Source: Methanobacteriota archaeon (GTDB lineage: Archaea; JAADCQ01; Methanopyri; Methanopyrales; Methanopyraceae). Taken from it: a DNA stretch of 64,000 nt. Location of the stretch: NCBI GenBank assembly GCA_027064425.1, contig JAMOPO010000057.1, forward strand, positions 32,001 through 96,000. Direction: 5' to 3'. This document shows, piece by piece, positions 18,869 through 28,210 of the stretch (positions within the stretch are counted from its first letter, which is position 1; every line of letters begins with the position of its first letter). The translations under genes were made by a program, and so were the position numbers. The notes under the pieces are model-generated. The model did not search any database, was not told the DNA's origin, and saw only the letters and a program-made list of their open reading frames with translations.

Positions 18869-19606
18869 TCACTCCCCGCCCTCTCGCACCTCTTCCAGCG
18901 CCTCGGCGATGAGCTTCCGCACCGCGTCCCGGCCCTCGCGCACCCGGGTCAGGAACACCTCGGTGGGCGTGACGCGCTCGAGGATCGCGTCGACGAGCTC
19001 GTCCGTGGGCTCCTCGCCCAGCTCCTGCAGCCGGGCGCGCACGATCCCGCGCGCCGCCTTGATGACCTCCTCCGCGAACTGGGCGTCGGCGTTGTCGGCG
19101 AGGTGCACGATGAGCGCTTCCGGCGTGTTCGGCGGGACGGGGCTGCCCCGGCCGTGGTGGGCGGCGACCGCGTGGATCAGCTCCATCGGCGCTCCCCGGG
19201 CGTAGAGCTCGGCGGTCAGGGCGGTGAGGTGGTCGAGCCGGCGGGCGAACTCGGAGTACTTGTACCCGCCCTCGCTCTCCTCGTAGGAGACCGCCTTGCC
19301 GAGGTCGTGCAGGATGGCGGCGGCGAGCACGACGTCGCGGTCGACCTGCACGCCGTAAACCTCCTCGAAGACCTCCGCCATGGCGAGGGCCAGCTTGGCG
19401 GTGGCCACGGTGTGCTCCAGGAGCCCGCCCGGGTAGGAGTGGTGTCCCTTGCGGCTGGCGGGCGCCTCCTCGAGCCCGTCGAGCTCGGGCGCCTCCTCGT
19501 GCGAGAGGCCCTCCTCCAAAAGCTTCTTAACGAGGTCTCGGAGCTCGGCGTCCTCGATGTCGTCGACGAGCCGCTCCAGCTCCTTTAGCAGCTCCTCCCG
19601 GGCCAA
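18869..19606 (-). CDS. mptB: HD hydrolase, probable dihydroneopterin 2',3'-cyclic phosphate phosphodiesterase (methanopterin pathway)
   Basis: APASRKGHHSYPGGLLEHT, LHDLGK, LDHLT..AELY.RG, AHHG, IVHLAD pattern of the MptB family. Confidence 0.7.
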   Translation of the reverse strand: MAREELLKELERLVDDIEDAELRDLVKKLLEEGLSHEEAPELDGLEEAPASRKGHHSYPGGLLEHTVATAKLALAMAEVFEEVYGVQVDRDVVLAAAILHDLGKAVSYEESEGGYKYSEFARRLDHLTALTAELYARGAPMELIHAVAAHHGRGSPVPPNTPEALIVHLADNADAQFAEEVIKAARGIVRARLQELGEEPTDELVDAILERVTPTEVFLTRVREGRDAVRKLIAEALEEVREGGE

Positions 19607-19670
19607 CGCTGGCTCCCCTCGGGGGTTCTAGTGATGGCTGAGGGGAGGTCCTTTCTGCTGGGAGAGTAGG

Positions 19671-21173
19671 GTGCCGGACCGCGTCCGCATCTTCGACACG
19701 ACGCTGCGGGACGGGGAGCAGACGCCCGGGGTCAGCCTGACGAAGGAGGAGAAGCTCGAGGTCGCGCGGAAGCTGGACGAGTTCGGCGTGGACACGATCG
19801 AGGCCGGGTTCCCGGTGGCGAGCGAGGGCGAGTTCGAGGCGGTCAAGGCGATCGCCGGCGAGGGCCTCGACGCGGAGGTGTGCGGGCTGGCGCGCTGCGT
19901 TAGGGGGGACATTGACGCGGCGATCGAGGCGGACGTGGACTGCGTGCACGTGTTCATCGCCACGTCGGACATTCACCTGAAGCACAAGCTGGAGATGTCT
20001 CGGGAGGAGGCGCTGGAGCGGGCCGTGGAGGGCGTCGAGTACGCGAAGGAGCACGGGGTGACCGTGGAGTTCTCGGCGGAGGACGCGACGAGAACCGACC
20101 CGGACTTCCTGCTGAAGGTTTATAAAGCTACCGTGGAGGCGGGCGCGGACCGGATCAACGTGCCCGACACGGTGGGCGTGATGACGCCGCCGCGGATGTA
20201 CCGGCTGGTTCGACGGATCGTGGACGAGCTCGACGTGCCCGTGAGCGTGCACTGCCACGACGACTTCGGGATGGCCGTGGCGAACTCCCTGGCCGCGGTG
20301 GAGGCGGGCGCGGAGCAGGCTCACGTGACCGTGAACGGGATCGGTGAGCGCGCGGGCAACGCCGCGCTCGAGCAGTTCGTCATGGCACTGAAGGCCCTTT
20401 ACGACGTCGAGCTGGACGTGAAGACGGAGATGCTGGTCGAGCTGTCGCGGCTGGTGGAGCGGCTGACGGGCGTGGTCGTCCCGCCCAACGCGCCGATCGT
20501 TGGCGAGAACGCGTTCGCGCACGAGTCGGGCATCCACTCCCACGGCGTGATCAAGTGCGCGGAGACGTACGAGCCGATCCGGCCGGAGGACGTCGGTCAC
20601 CGGCGCCGGATCGTCCTCGGCAAGCACGCGGGCCGGCACGCGATCAAGAAGAAGCTGGAGGAGCTCGGGATCGAGGTCAACGAGGAGCAGCTGCGGGAGA
20701 TCGTGCGGCGGGTGAAGGAGCTGGGCGACAAGGGCAAGCGGGTGACCGAGGAGGATCTCGAGGCGATCGCCCGGGACGTCGTGGGCGAGGTGCCCGAGTC
20801 CGAGGCGGCGGTCCGGCTGGAGGAGCTGGCCGTCATGACGGGGAACCGGATGACGCCCACCGCCTCCGTGCGCGTGCGGCTGAAGGGTGAGGAGCGGAGC
20901 GCGGCCTCGACCGGCGTGGGCCCCGTGGACGCGGCCCTCAAGGCCCTGCAGGACGCCATCGAGGAGCTGGGCCTGGAGGTCGAGCTCAAGGAGTTCCGGC
21001 TGGAGGCGATCACCGGCGGCTCCGACGCGCTGGCGGAGGTGATCGTGAAGCTGGAGGACGAGCGAGGGCACACGGTGACGGCCCGTGGGGCCTCCGAGGA
21101 CATCGTGATGGCCAGCGTTCGGGCCTTCGTCAGCGGCGTCAACCGGCTGGTCAAGCGGCGCGAGGAGGACTAG
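19671..21173 (+). CDS. leuA: 2-isopropylmalate synthase
   Basis: DTTLRDGEQ, HCHDDFG, GERAGNA, HESGIHSHG (LeuA-like rather than CimA-like); C-terminal regulatory domain. Confidence 0.8.
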   Translation: MPDRVRIFDTTLRDGEQTPGVSLTKEEKLEVARKLDEFGVDTIEAGFPVASEGEFEAVKAIAGEGLDAEVCGLARCVRGDIDAAIEADVDCVHVFIATSDIHLKHKLEMSREEALERAVEGVEYAKEHGVTVEFSAEDATRTDPDFLLKVYKATVEAGADRINVPDTVGVMTPPRMYRLVRRIVDELDVPVSVHCHDDFGMAVANSLAAVEAGAEQAHVTVNGIGERAGNAALEQFVMALKALYDVELDVKTEMLVELSRLVERLTGVVVPPNAPIVGENAFAHESGIHSHGVIKCAETYEPIRPEDVGHRRRIVLGKHAGRHAIKKKLEELGIEVNEEQLREIVRRVKELGDKGKRVTEEDLEAIARDVVGEVPESEAAVRLEELAVMTGNRMTPTASVRVRLKGEERSAASTGVGPVDAALKALQDAIEELGLEVELKEFRLEAITGGSDALAEVIVKLEDERGHTVTARGASEDIVMASVRAFVSGVNRLVKRREED

Positions 21174-22192
21174 ACCGGTGGCTCGAGCCCCAACCGGTCC
21201 GCCACCTCACGCAGCGCTCTCACCGACCCCTCCGGCAGCTCCAGTCCCTCCCGAAGCGCCCTCTCGCGGCGCCTGAACTCCGGCTCCCCGGGCAGCAGGA
21301 CGTCCTCCCCCGACTCCTTCACCTCCGCGATCAGCCGCTCCAACCGCTCGAAGTACTCGTGCTCGTTCACCAGCGCCGAGACGTCCAGCGCCGCGAACAG
21401 GTCGCCCTTGTTGCACGGGACCGTGGGGTCCGTCGTCCCGCGCACCTCCCGACCCGCCGCCGCGCCCACGACCGGGCCCGCGAGCACCTCCAGGGCCAGG
21501 CAGAGGGCGTACCCCTTGTGCTCGCCGAACGGCAGCAAGGCGCCCTCGAGCGCCTCCTCCGGGTCCGTAGTGGGCTCGCCGTCCGGCCCCACGGCCCAGC
21601 CCTCCGGGATCTCCCGATCCTCCTTCAGCGCCTGCAGGACCTTCCCCCGGGACACCAGGCTCGTGGCCATGTCCACGACGATCGGCGGCCCGTCCCGGCG
21701 CGGGAACGCGATGGAGAGCGGGTTCGTCCCCAGCACGGCCCGGGAGCCGCCGTACGGGGCGACCGCCGGCTCGGTCCCGCAGGTCGCGAACCCGACCATG
21801 CCCCGCTCGGCGATCAGGGTCGTGTAGTAACCCGCGATCCCGTAGTGAGACGAGTTCCGGACGGCCACCACCCCAACCCCGTGCTCCTCAGCCAGCTCCA
21901 CGGCCTTCAGGGCGGCCCGATGGCCCACAACGTGGCCCAGCGAGTGGTTCGCGTCGTACACGATCGTGGCGCCGCGCTTCGAGACCCGCTTCAGGGTGAT
22001 CTCGGCGCGGATGGCCCCGCGCTCTATCCCTTCCACGTACCCGGGAAGCCGCAGGACGCCGTGCGAGTGGAAGCCGCGAAGGTCCCCCTCCACGATCACC
22101 TGCGCCGCGATCTCGGCGTCCCGGCGGGGCACCCCCACGGCCGTGAAAGCCTCGGTCACGAAGTCCAGCAGCTCGCGCGGGTCGACCCTCAA
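21170..22192 (-). CDS. comC: Type-2 malate / (2R)-sulfolactate dehydrogenase
   Basis: DLRGFHSHG, NSSHYG, GTNPLS, VDMATS, HKGY; lies in the com cluster. Confidence 0.8.
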   Translation of the reverse strand: MRVDPRELLDFVTEAFTAVGVPRRDAEIAAQVIVEGDLRGFHSHGVLRLPGYVEGIERGAIRAEITLKRVSKRGATIVYDANHSLGHVVGHRAALKAVELAEEHGVGVVAVRNSSHYGIAGYYTTLIAERGMVGFATCGTEPAVAPYGGSRAVLGTNPLSIAFPRRDGPPIVVDMATSLVSRGKVLQALKEDREIPEGWAVGPDGEPTTDPEEALEGALLPFGEHKGYALCLALEVLAGPVVGAAAGREVRGTTDPTVPCNKGDLFAALDVSALVNEHEYFERLERLIAEVKESGEDVLLPGEPEFRRRERALREGLELPEGSVRALREVADRLGLEPPV

Positions 22193-22755
22193 CCCTCCTC
22201 CTCCCGGAGCGCTCTGACGAAGCGGACCTTGATCTCCTCCGGGGTGAGGTCGATCAGCGGCACGTCCGCGTTACCGGGCTCCACCTCCAACCGGACCATC
22301 CGGGGCCCGCGGGCGCTGAGGGCCCGCTCCAGAGCGTCCCGGGCCCCCTCCGGATCGTCCGCCTCGTAGTACCTCATCCCGTGCGCCCGGGCGACCCGCT
22401 CCCAGTCGATGAGGCGCGAGGGCGTGGGCTGGTCGCCGGTGGTCGCGTACGTGGAGTTGTCGACCAGGACCAGCGTGTAGTTCTCCGGGGACTCCTGCGC
22501 GATCGTGGGCAGGATCCCCATGTTCATCATGAGGCCGCCGTCGCCCTCGACGGCGAGCACCTCGCGCTCCGTGGTCAGCGCGAGGCCGAGCCCGACGGAG
22601 CAGGACTGGCCCATCGCGCCGAGCATGTAGAAGTTGAGCGGTCGGTCGTGCGCGTGGTACAGCTCCCGGGCGGGGAACCCGAGGTGCACCACGACGATCG
22701 CGCCGTGATCGTCCGCCACCTGGCCCACCACCTTCAGCGCATCGATGCGGCGCAC
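22189..22755 (-). CDS. comE: Sulfopyruvate decarboxylase beta subunit
   Basis: GFPARELY, NFYMLGAMG, EGDGG...DN..YATTGDQ ThDP motif. Confidence 0.9.
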   Translation of the reverse strand: MRRIDALKVVGQVADDHGAIVVVHLGFPARELYHAHDRPLNFYMLGAMGQSCSVGLGLALTTEREVLAVEGDGGLMMNMGILPTIAQESPENYTLVLVDNSTYATTGDQPTPSRLIDWERVARAHGMRYYEADDPEGARDALERALSARGPRMVRLEVEPGNADVPLIDLTPEEIKVRFVRALREEEG

Positions 22756-22819
22756 CCCGATCGCCCCCGGTCACGGAACTTACTAAAGCTTGGGCCCGGG
22801 CGACCGCGGAGGGGCGAGG

Positions 22820-23590
22820 ATGAAGGCGTTCGAGCGGTCGATCCGCGTGCCGGAGGTCGACGGTGCCACGGTGATGCTGGACAAGGGGCTGACCCCGGAG
22901 TTCGTGCGCTCGTTCTTGAGAATGGCGGGCGACTACATCACCGGCGTGAAGATGGGCTGGGGTACGGCCCGGCTGATCGACCGGGAGATCGTGGAGGAGA
23001 AGGTGGAGCTGTACACGGACGCGGGGTTGGACGTGTTCCCGGGCGGCACGCTGGCGGAGATCGCCGTGTCTCAGGGGACGTTCGAGGACTTCCTGAGCGA
23101 GCTGGACGAGCTCGGGTTCAACGCGGTGGAGATCTCCGACGGCATGATCCCGATGTCCATCGAGAAGAAGTGCGAGCTGATCGAGCTCGCGCGGGAGCAC
23201 GGGTTCACGGTTTACGCTGAGGAGGGCAAGAAGCGGGACGAGGAGTACTCGGTCCTGTCGCCCTCGGACATGGTGGGCCGGATGGTGAAGTGCGTGGAGG
23301 CGGGCGCGGAGTACGTGATCGTGGAGGCGCGGGAGAGCGGTGAGCACGGGCCGATGGGGGCGGAGAAGCGGGAGCGGGTGAGGATTCTGTCGGAGATCGT
23401 GAAGGGGGTCGGGATCAAGCGCGTGATGTTCGAGGCGCCGGAGAAGGAGCAGCAGTTCGAGCTGATCGTGAAGTTCGGCCCGGAGGTGAACATCGCCAAC
23501 GTGCCGCCGGAGGAGGTCATCCCGCTGGCGACGCTGCGGGCGGGGCTGCGGGCCGAGACCATGGGCCGCGTGGCGCTGGACGGTGAGTAG
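22820..23590 (+). CDS. comA: Phosphosulfolactate synthase
   Basis: MLDKGL, KMGWGT, GGTLAE, EISDG, VEARESG, FEAP. Confidence 0.93.
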   Translation: MKAFERSIRVPEVDGATVMLDKGLTPEFVRSFLRMAGDYITGVKMGWGTARLIDREIVEEKVELYTDAGLDVFPGGTLAEIAVSQGTFEDFLSELDELGFNAVEISDGMIPMSIEKKCELIELAREHGFTVYAEEGKKRDEEYSVLSPSDMVGRMVKCVEAGAEYVIVEARESGEHGPMGAEKRERVRILSEIVKGVGIKRVMFEAPEKEQQFELIVKFGPEVNIANVPPEEVIPLATLRAGLRAETMGRVALDGE

Positions 23591-23592
23591 CC

Positions 23593-24090
23593 TTGAGCGT
23601 GGACGAGAAGATCGTGGAAGCGCTGGAGCGGGCCGGCATCACCTTCGTCTGCTGGCTCCCCTGCTCCCTCCTCGGCGGTGTGATCGAGCTGCTCGAGGAG
23701 CACCCGGACATCAAGACCGTGCGGGTCTCTCGCGAGGAGGAGGGGGTCGGGATCTGCGCCGGGGCGGCGCTGGCCGGGGAGAAGCCGGCGCTGGTCATGC
23801 AGAACTCGGGGCTAGGGAACTCCGTCAACGCCCTCTGCTCCCTGACCCTCACCTACCGGCTCCCGCTGCTCATGCTCATGAGCCATCGCGGGTACCTGCA
23901 CGAGGACATTCCGGCGCAGGTGGGGATGGGCAAGGCCGCGCCCAAGATCCTGGAGGCGCTCAACCTGCACACCTACGTGGTGGAGAGCCCCGACGACCTC
24001 GACGTGATCGAGGGAGCGTGGCGAACGGCGGAGTCCGCCGGAGAGCCCGTGGGCGTGTTCCTGACACCGAGGCTGTGGGAGTCAAAGTGA
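23593..24090 (+). CDS. comD: Sulfopyruvate decarboxylase alpha subunit
   Basis: LPCS, REEEGVGICAGA, MQNSGLGNSVNAL, SHRG. Confidence 0.92.
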   Translation: MSVDEKIVEALERAGITFVCWLPCSLLGGVIELLEEHPDIKTVRVSREEEGVGICAGAALAGEKPALVMQNSGLGNSVNALCSLTLTYRLPLLMLMSHRGYLHEDIPAQVGMGKAAPKILEALNLHTYVVESPDDLDVIEGAWRTAESAGEPVGVFLTPRLWESK

Positions 24091-24588
24091 GCCGGTGACG
24101 TCGTCGAACACGTAGTAATTGACGTCGAAGTCGTTGTCCACGACGGCGACGACGAGGTCGAACTCGGTGCCCTGGACGGACCGCACCCACTCCACCACGT
24201 CCTCGGGCGTGAAGTCGTCGGTCTCCTCGTGCAGGACCTTGACCGCGATCCGCTCGTCCTCGCCCCGAAAGGCGCGGAAGTCGGTCCCGAACCGGCGGCC
24301 CGGCTTGGGCTTCCAGCCGCGCTGCCGCAGGTCAGAGTAGACGGCGTACCGGACCAGGAACCGTGGATCCTCTCGCAGGAACTCCTCGATGAGCCGCTCC
24401 AGCGTGAGCTTCTCGCCCCTCTTTTTAACCTCCAGCCGGCCGACCTCGCACAGGAACGTGGCCTCCTCGGGCCAGAGCCAGAGCCCTTCCCGGGACGGCT
24501 TGCCGTACATCGACGAGTAGAACCGGTTGGCCTGGCGCTTGTCGCGGATCAGGACCTTCCCCTCCCGAAGCTCACCGACCACGGTCAT
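24082..24588 (-). CDS. tRNA splicing endonuclease, non-catalytic (structural) subunit
   Basis: EndA fold (YGKP, VYSDLRQRG, KPG..FG.DF) but the catalytic Tyr position reads Phe and there is no His loop. Confidence 0.75.
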   Translation of the reverse strand: MTVVGELREGKVLIRDKRQANRFYSSMYGKPSREGLWLWPEEATFLCEVGRLEVKKRGEKLTLERLIEEFLREDPRFLVRYAVYSDLRQRGWKPKPGRRFGTDFRAFRGEDERIAVKVLHEETDDFTPEDVVEWVRSVQGTEFDLVVAVVDNDFDVNYYVFDDVTGSL

Positions 24589-24787
24589 CGATCTCCACCC
24601 GTAAGACGGTGTCTCCGACCTTGACCTCGTCGCCCTCGAACACGAGCCACCAGGGCTTAGTCACCCGCTCCCCGTTGACCTCGACCTTGCCCCGCTCGAT
24701 CAGCCTGCGGGCGCGCCGACGGCTCTCCGCGACGCCCATCGTGACCAGGAACTGGTCGAGCCGCAGGCCGCCGACGGGCGCCCTCAA
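24572..24787 (-). CDS. Stand-alone S4-domain RNA-binding protein
   Basis: RLDQFLV..G.AESRRRARRLIERGKVEVNG. Confidence 0.85.
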   Translation of the reverse strand: MRAPVGGLRLDQFLVTMGVAESRRRARRLIERGKVEVNGERVTKPWWLVFEGDEVKVGDTVLRVEIDDRGR

Positions 24788-25293
24788 CCCACCTCCTCGC
24801 CCTCTTCGCCCTCCTTCTCCTCATGCTTGGGCACGCGCGGCTTCCTCACCTCGTAAATGGGCTTGCCGTCGATCGTCTCCGGGGCCAGCCAGTCGATCAC
24901 CTTGTCCACGTCGTCCGGGTTCTCCGGGAAGATCTCGACGACGATCGGGCCCAGCGGCGACTCGCCGCCCTCCGAGAAGCTCACCGCCTTGGCGAACGCG
25001 GCCTGCTTGTTGAGGTGGAACAGGATCGAGCCCTCCGCCGTCACGCCCTCCTTCAGCACCCGCCGCGCAGCGTCCAGGATCTCCTGCTCTCGCAGCAGCT
25101 CGTAGATCTTGCCCAGGGAGAGGCGCGCCTGCGGTCCCTTGCACTCGAACTCGATCCGCTTGACGTCGCCCAGCTTCTCCTCGCCCACCTTCTCGAACAG
25201 GTCCATCTCGAAGAGGTTCTCCAGCGCCCTCATGACCTTCTCCTCGTCCTCAGTAGGGTACACGTACGTTGTCAGGACCACCCGGGAGATCAT
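24784..25293 (-). CDS. UPF0201/DUF54 RNA-binding protein
   Basis: VYPTEDEEKV..ALENLF, ILDAAR, LNKQAAF, SPLGPI. Confidence 0.85.
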   Translation of the reverse strand: MISRVVLTTYVYPTEDEEKVMRALENLFEMDLFEKVGEEKLGDVKRIEFECKGPQARLSLGKIYELLREQEILDAARRVLKEGVTAEGSILFHLNKQAAFAKAVSFSEGGESPLGPIVVEIFPENPDDVDKVIDWLAPETIDGKPIYEVRKPRVPKHEEKEGEEGEEVG

Positions 25294-25852
25294 GCGGGTC
25301 CTCACCCCGCAGCAGGGACCTCAGGACGGACCTGCACTTCTCCCGGAACTCCGGCAGGCTGATCCGCTCGTTCACGATCATCACGTCCGCGCGGGAGATC
25401 ACCTCGCCGATGCCGAACCCCAGCTCCCGCTCGTCCCGCTCCTCGAACTCCCTCCGCGTCTCCGGATCGTCCTCCCGACCGCGCTCTCGCAGCCGCTCGA
25501 ACCGCGTGTCCGGGGACGCGTGGATGGCCACGATGACGACGGAGTCCTCCCCGAACCGGTCCTTGAAGTACTCAACCTCCTCCGGGTTCCTCACCCCGTC
25601 CACGACGACCACGCCCGCCCGACGCAGCTCCCGCTCCACGTCGTCGGCCACCAGCCGGGCCACCGCGTCCATCCCGTGCTCCTCGCGCAGCCGCTCCGCG
25701 GTCTCCCCGACGTCCATGCCCCTCCGCTCCGCCTCGCGCCTCACCGCGTCACCCATCACGACCACCGGGATGCCCTCCTCCCGCGCCACCTTCACGAACT
25801 CTCCCTTGCCCGCGCCCGGCATCCCCACCACGCAGATCAGCAACGCGACCAC
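25250..25852 (-). CDS. UPF0200 P-loop kinase (dephospho-CoA kinase-like)
   Basis: GMPGAGKG, VMGDAVR, DGVR, RDEREL.FG. Confidence 0.85.
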   Translation of the reverse strand: MVALLICVVGMPGAGKGEFVKVAREEGIPVVVMGDAVRREAERRGMDVGETAERLREEHGMDAVARLVADDVERELRRAGVVVVDGVRNPEEVEYFKDRFGEDSVVIVAIHASPDTRFERLRERGREDDPETRREFEERDERELGFGIGEVISRADVMIVNERISLPEFREKCRSVLRSLLRGEDPHDLPGGPDNVRVPY

Positions 25853-25882
25853 CCCCGCTTTCCGTCGCGAAACTCCCGTATT

Positions 25883-26944
25883 TTAAGACTGGGCCGCGCG
25901 GAGGAACCTGCGCAGCAGGCGCGAGTCCAGCCGCTCCAGGAGCTCGGAGGCGAGCGACATGAGCTCTCGATCCACGGGGAACGGATCCCCGGACTTGCAT
26001 CCGAACGCGAGCGTGTACTCCGCCGGATCCCGGTAGTCGGGCCCCTCCCCGTGCACCACCTCCGCGATCAGGGCCAGTGCCCGCGTGAGCGAGGGCCCGA
26101 CCCCGCGCGTCCGGAGCAGGTCCGTGAAGCTCTCGGGATCCCGCTCGTACAACCGCTCCAGCACCTCCCGGTCCAGTCGGCGCGGCAGGCGGCGCAGAAC
26201 CTCCTCCGGCACCTCCACCCCCCGGTCCGCGTCGATGAACCGATCCAGCGGCCCGCGGATTGAGGCCCGGACCCGCCTCCACTCGCGCAGGACCCGGTCG
26301 GGCCCCTCGGAGACCAGGTCAAGGATCGCCCGGCGGCACCCGCTCGGCTCGTCCCCCTGCAGGGAGAGCACGTCCGCGGGCGCGCTGGCGGCGACGGGGT
26401 GCCGCTCGGTGAAGCTCTCGGTATCCTCCCAGCTCCAGTGGTAGCGGCGGGCCGTGCGCTCCTCGGTGTTCATCCCCTGCTGAATCACGACCCAGCGACC
26501 CGACTCGTCGAAGGCGATCGTGTGATGGTAGAGCTCGTGCCCGTCCTGCAGGCAGACCGTGTCGGACTTGGCCGCGAGGCGGCTGGCCTCGATCAGGGGC
26601 TCGGGATCGACGCCGAGCTCCTCGGCCCGCTCTCGAACGAGCTCCGGGGTCTTGAGCCCGAGGCGCCCCTTGCCACCGACGAGGGCGAGCCCGTGCTCCT
26701 CGGGGTTCAGGGCCTCGCGGAGGGCGGCCGTGACGACGGTCGTGCTGCCGGAGGTGTCCCGCTCGTAGCCCAGGAGGCAGGCGAGGGACTGGAACCACTT
26801 GGGATCGGAGAGGCGGCGGAGGGCGCCCTCGGTCCTGTACTCGTCGACGATGAGCCGGAAGAGCTCCCGGGAGAGTCGGACCATCTCGGGGAAGTGCTTG
26901 GGTGGTGGGCAGCTAACCAGCCGAAGGTCGGCGGCGCGGGGCAA
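25883..26944 (-). CDS. DUF763 family protein
   Basis: RLSDPKWFQSLAC, SGSTTV, GGKG, QDGHELYHH, QQGMN, ARRYHW, GVGP. Confidence 0.85.
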   Translation of the reverse strand: MPRAADLRLVSCPPPKHFPEMVRLSRELFRLIVDEYRTEGALRRLSDPKWFQSLACLLGYERDTSGSTTVVTAALREALNPEEHGLALVGGKGRLGLKTPELVRERAEELGVDPEPLIEASRLAAKSDTVCLQDGHELYHHTIAFDESGRWVVIQQGMNTEERTARRYHWSWEDTESFTERHPVAASAPADVLSLQGDEPSGCRRAILDLVSEGPDRVLREWRRVRASIRGPLDRFIDADRGVEVPEEVLRRLPRRLDREVLERLYERDPESFTDLLRTRGVGPSLTRALALIAEVVHGEGPDYRDPAEYTLAFGCKSGDPFPVDRELMSLASELLERLDSRLLRRFLRAAQS

Positions 26945-26961
26945 CGGGGCGGTCCCCGTAT

Positions 26962-26980
26962 CGTTACGAGTTTCGTAACG
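26962..26980. repeat. Perfect 8-bp inverted repeat (CGTTA-N9-TAACG) downstream of tRNA-Met
   Basis: CGTTACGA-GTT-TCGTAACG. Confidence 0.8.
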
Positions 26981-26991
26981 GTTTCCGGTTT

Positions 26992-27107
26992 TGGTGCCGG
27001 GGCCGGGATTTGAACCCGGGACCTCGGGGTATCCCAGGCCCGTGTCACCCTCACGGGGTCATCGGGCCCTATGAGCCCCGCGCTCTACCAGGCTAAGCTG
27101 CCCCGGC
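26992..27107 (-). tRNA. Elongator tRNA-Met(CAT) with 39-nt intron (27031-27069), encoded CCA, C at position 8
   Basis: GCCGGGG acceptor stem, GGTTCAAATCC T-arm, CTCATA loop; BHB motif CTCA/TGGG with 3-nt bulges. Confidence 0.93.
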
Positions 27108-27170
27108 CTCACCAGGGCCGTGCGGACGCCTTTTGGGGGTGCTAAAAAAGGTTACGTGGGGTGCGCCGGG

Positions 27171-28133
27171 TTGGAGGTGCTGGTAACGCTGAACCCGGAC
27201 GTGAGCCCGGAGGACACGGAGCGCGTGGCGGAGGCCATCAGCAGGGAGCTGGGCGTGCGGGCCAGGCCGGACCCGCTGAAGCCGGTGCGTCGACTCCGGG
27301 TGGAGCTGGAGGGACTGGAGGACCTGGACGAGCTGAGGCGGAGGTTCCCCGAGGTCTCCCGGATCATCATCATCCGGGACGAGGGCGAATCCACGGGCCT
27401 GGAGGAGCTGGTGGCGCGAGCCCGGGAGGCGGTGCGGGGGGAGGTGCGCGAGGACGAGACCTTCGCCGTGGACGCGCGGCGCCTGGACAAGACGCTGCCC
27501 TACAGCTCCCAGGACATCGCGCGGGAGGTGGGGGACGCCGTCCGGAAGGTGACCGGGGCCTCGGTGGACCTCGATAACCCGGACAAGTACGTCGACGTGC
27601 ACGTGTCGGAGGACGGGTACCTGATCGGCGTGACCCCGGCGACGCTGCGGGAGCCGAGCCGGCGGTGGCTGCCCGCGGACGCGTTCCGGCACGTCTACGT
27701 CTGCTGCGAGCGGCCGGAGCTGGAGTACGAGATCGCGGACCTGATCCGGGTGACGGCGGCGCTGGGGTTGGGCGGGCTGATCCTCGTGGAGCCGCGGGAG
27801 GAGAGCCTGGAGCGGGCGCGCGAGAAGGTGGGGGCGGCGTCCCTGGTGAACCTGAGGGTGGTGGACGACCTGGAGGAGGCGGTGGAGGGGTTCGACGTGG
27901 TGGTGGGGCTGCACCCGACGGGACCGGAGGGTGAGTCGCGGCTGGTCCAGCTGGCGCGGTCGGGCGACCGGGTGTGCCTGCTCGTGGGCTCGGAGCGGGA
28001 GGGGCTCAGCCGGCGCGCGAAGCGGCTGGCGGACGCGCTGGTGCACCTGGGCCCGACGACGGCCGAGCCGATGCGGACGGCGAACGCCGTGGCCTACGCG
28101 CTGGGGGTGCTGGCGGGCGCCGCGAGCGATTAA
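27171..28133 (+). CDS. THUMP-domain + SPOUT RNA methyltransferase
   Basis: TFAVDARR...S.DIAREVG....GASVDLDNPD (THUMP); LVGSEREGL, MRTANAVA (SPOUT knot). Confidence 0.85.
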   Translation: MEVLVTLNPDVSPEDTERVAEAISRELGVRARPDPLKPVRRLRVELEGLEDLDELRRRFPEVSRIIIIRDEGESTGLEELVARAREAVRGEVREDETFAVDARRLDKTLPYSSQDIAREVGDAVRKVTGASVDLDNPDKYVDVHVSEDGYLIGVTPATLREPSRRWLPADAFRHVYVCCERPELEYEIADLIRVTAALGLGGLILVEPREESLERAREKVGAASLVNLRVVDDLEEAVEGFDVVVGLHPTGPEGESRLVQLARSGDRVCLLVGSEREGLSRRAKRLADALVHLGPTTAEPMRTANAVAYALGVLAGAASD

Positions 28134-28134
28134 T

Positions 28135-28201
28135 CCCGTCAGCCACCGCTCCCACTCTTCATCGGCGGCGCCTCGTAGACCCGGTTGACACATCATCCGG
28201 G
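28135..28201 (-). ncRNA. Box C/D guide sRNA candidate
   Basis: CCCG-G-ATGATGT(C)-GTCAACCGGGTCT-ACGA(D')-GGCGCCGCCG-ATGAAGA(C')-GTGGGAGCGGTGG-CTGA(D)-CGGG; fills the intergenic gap. Confidence 0.75.
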
Positions 28202-28210
28202 GGAACCAGC

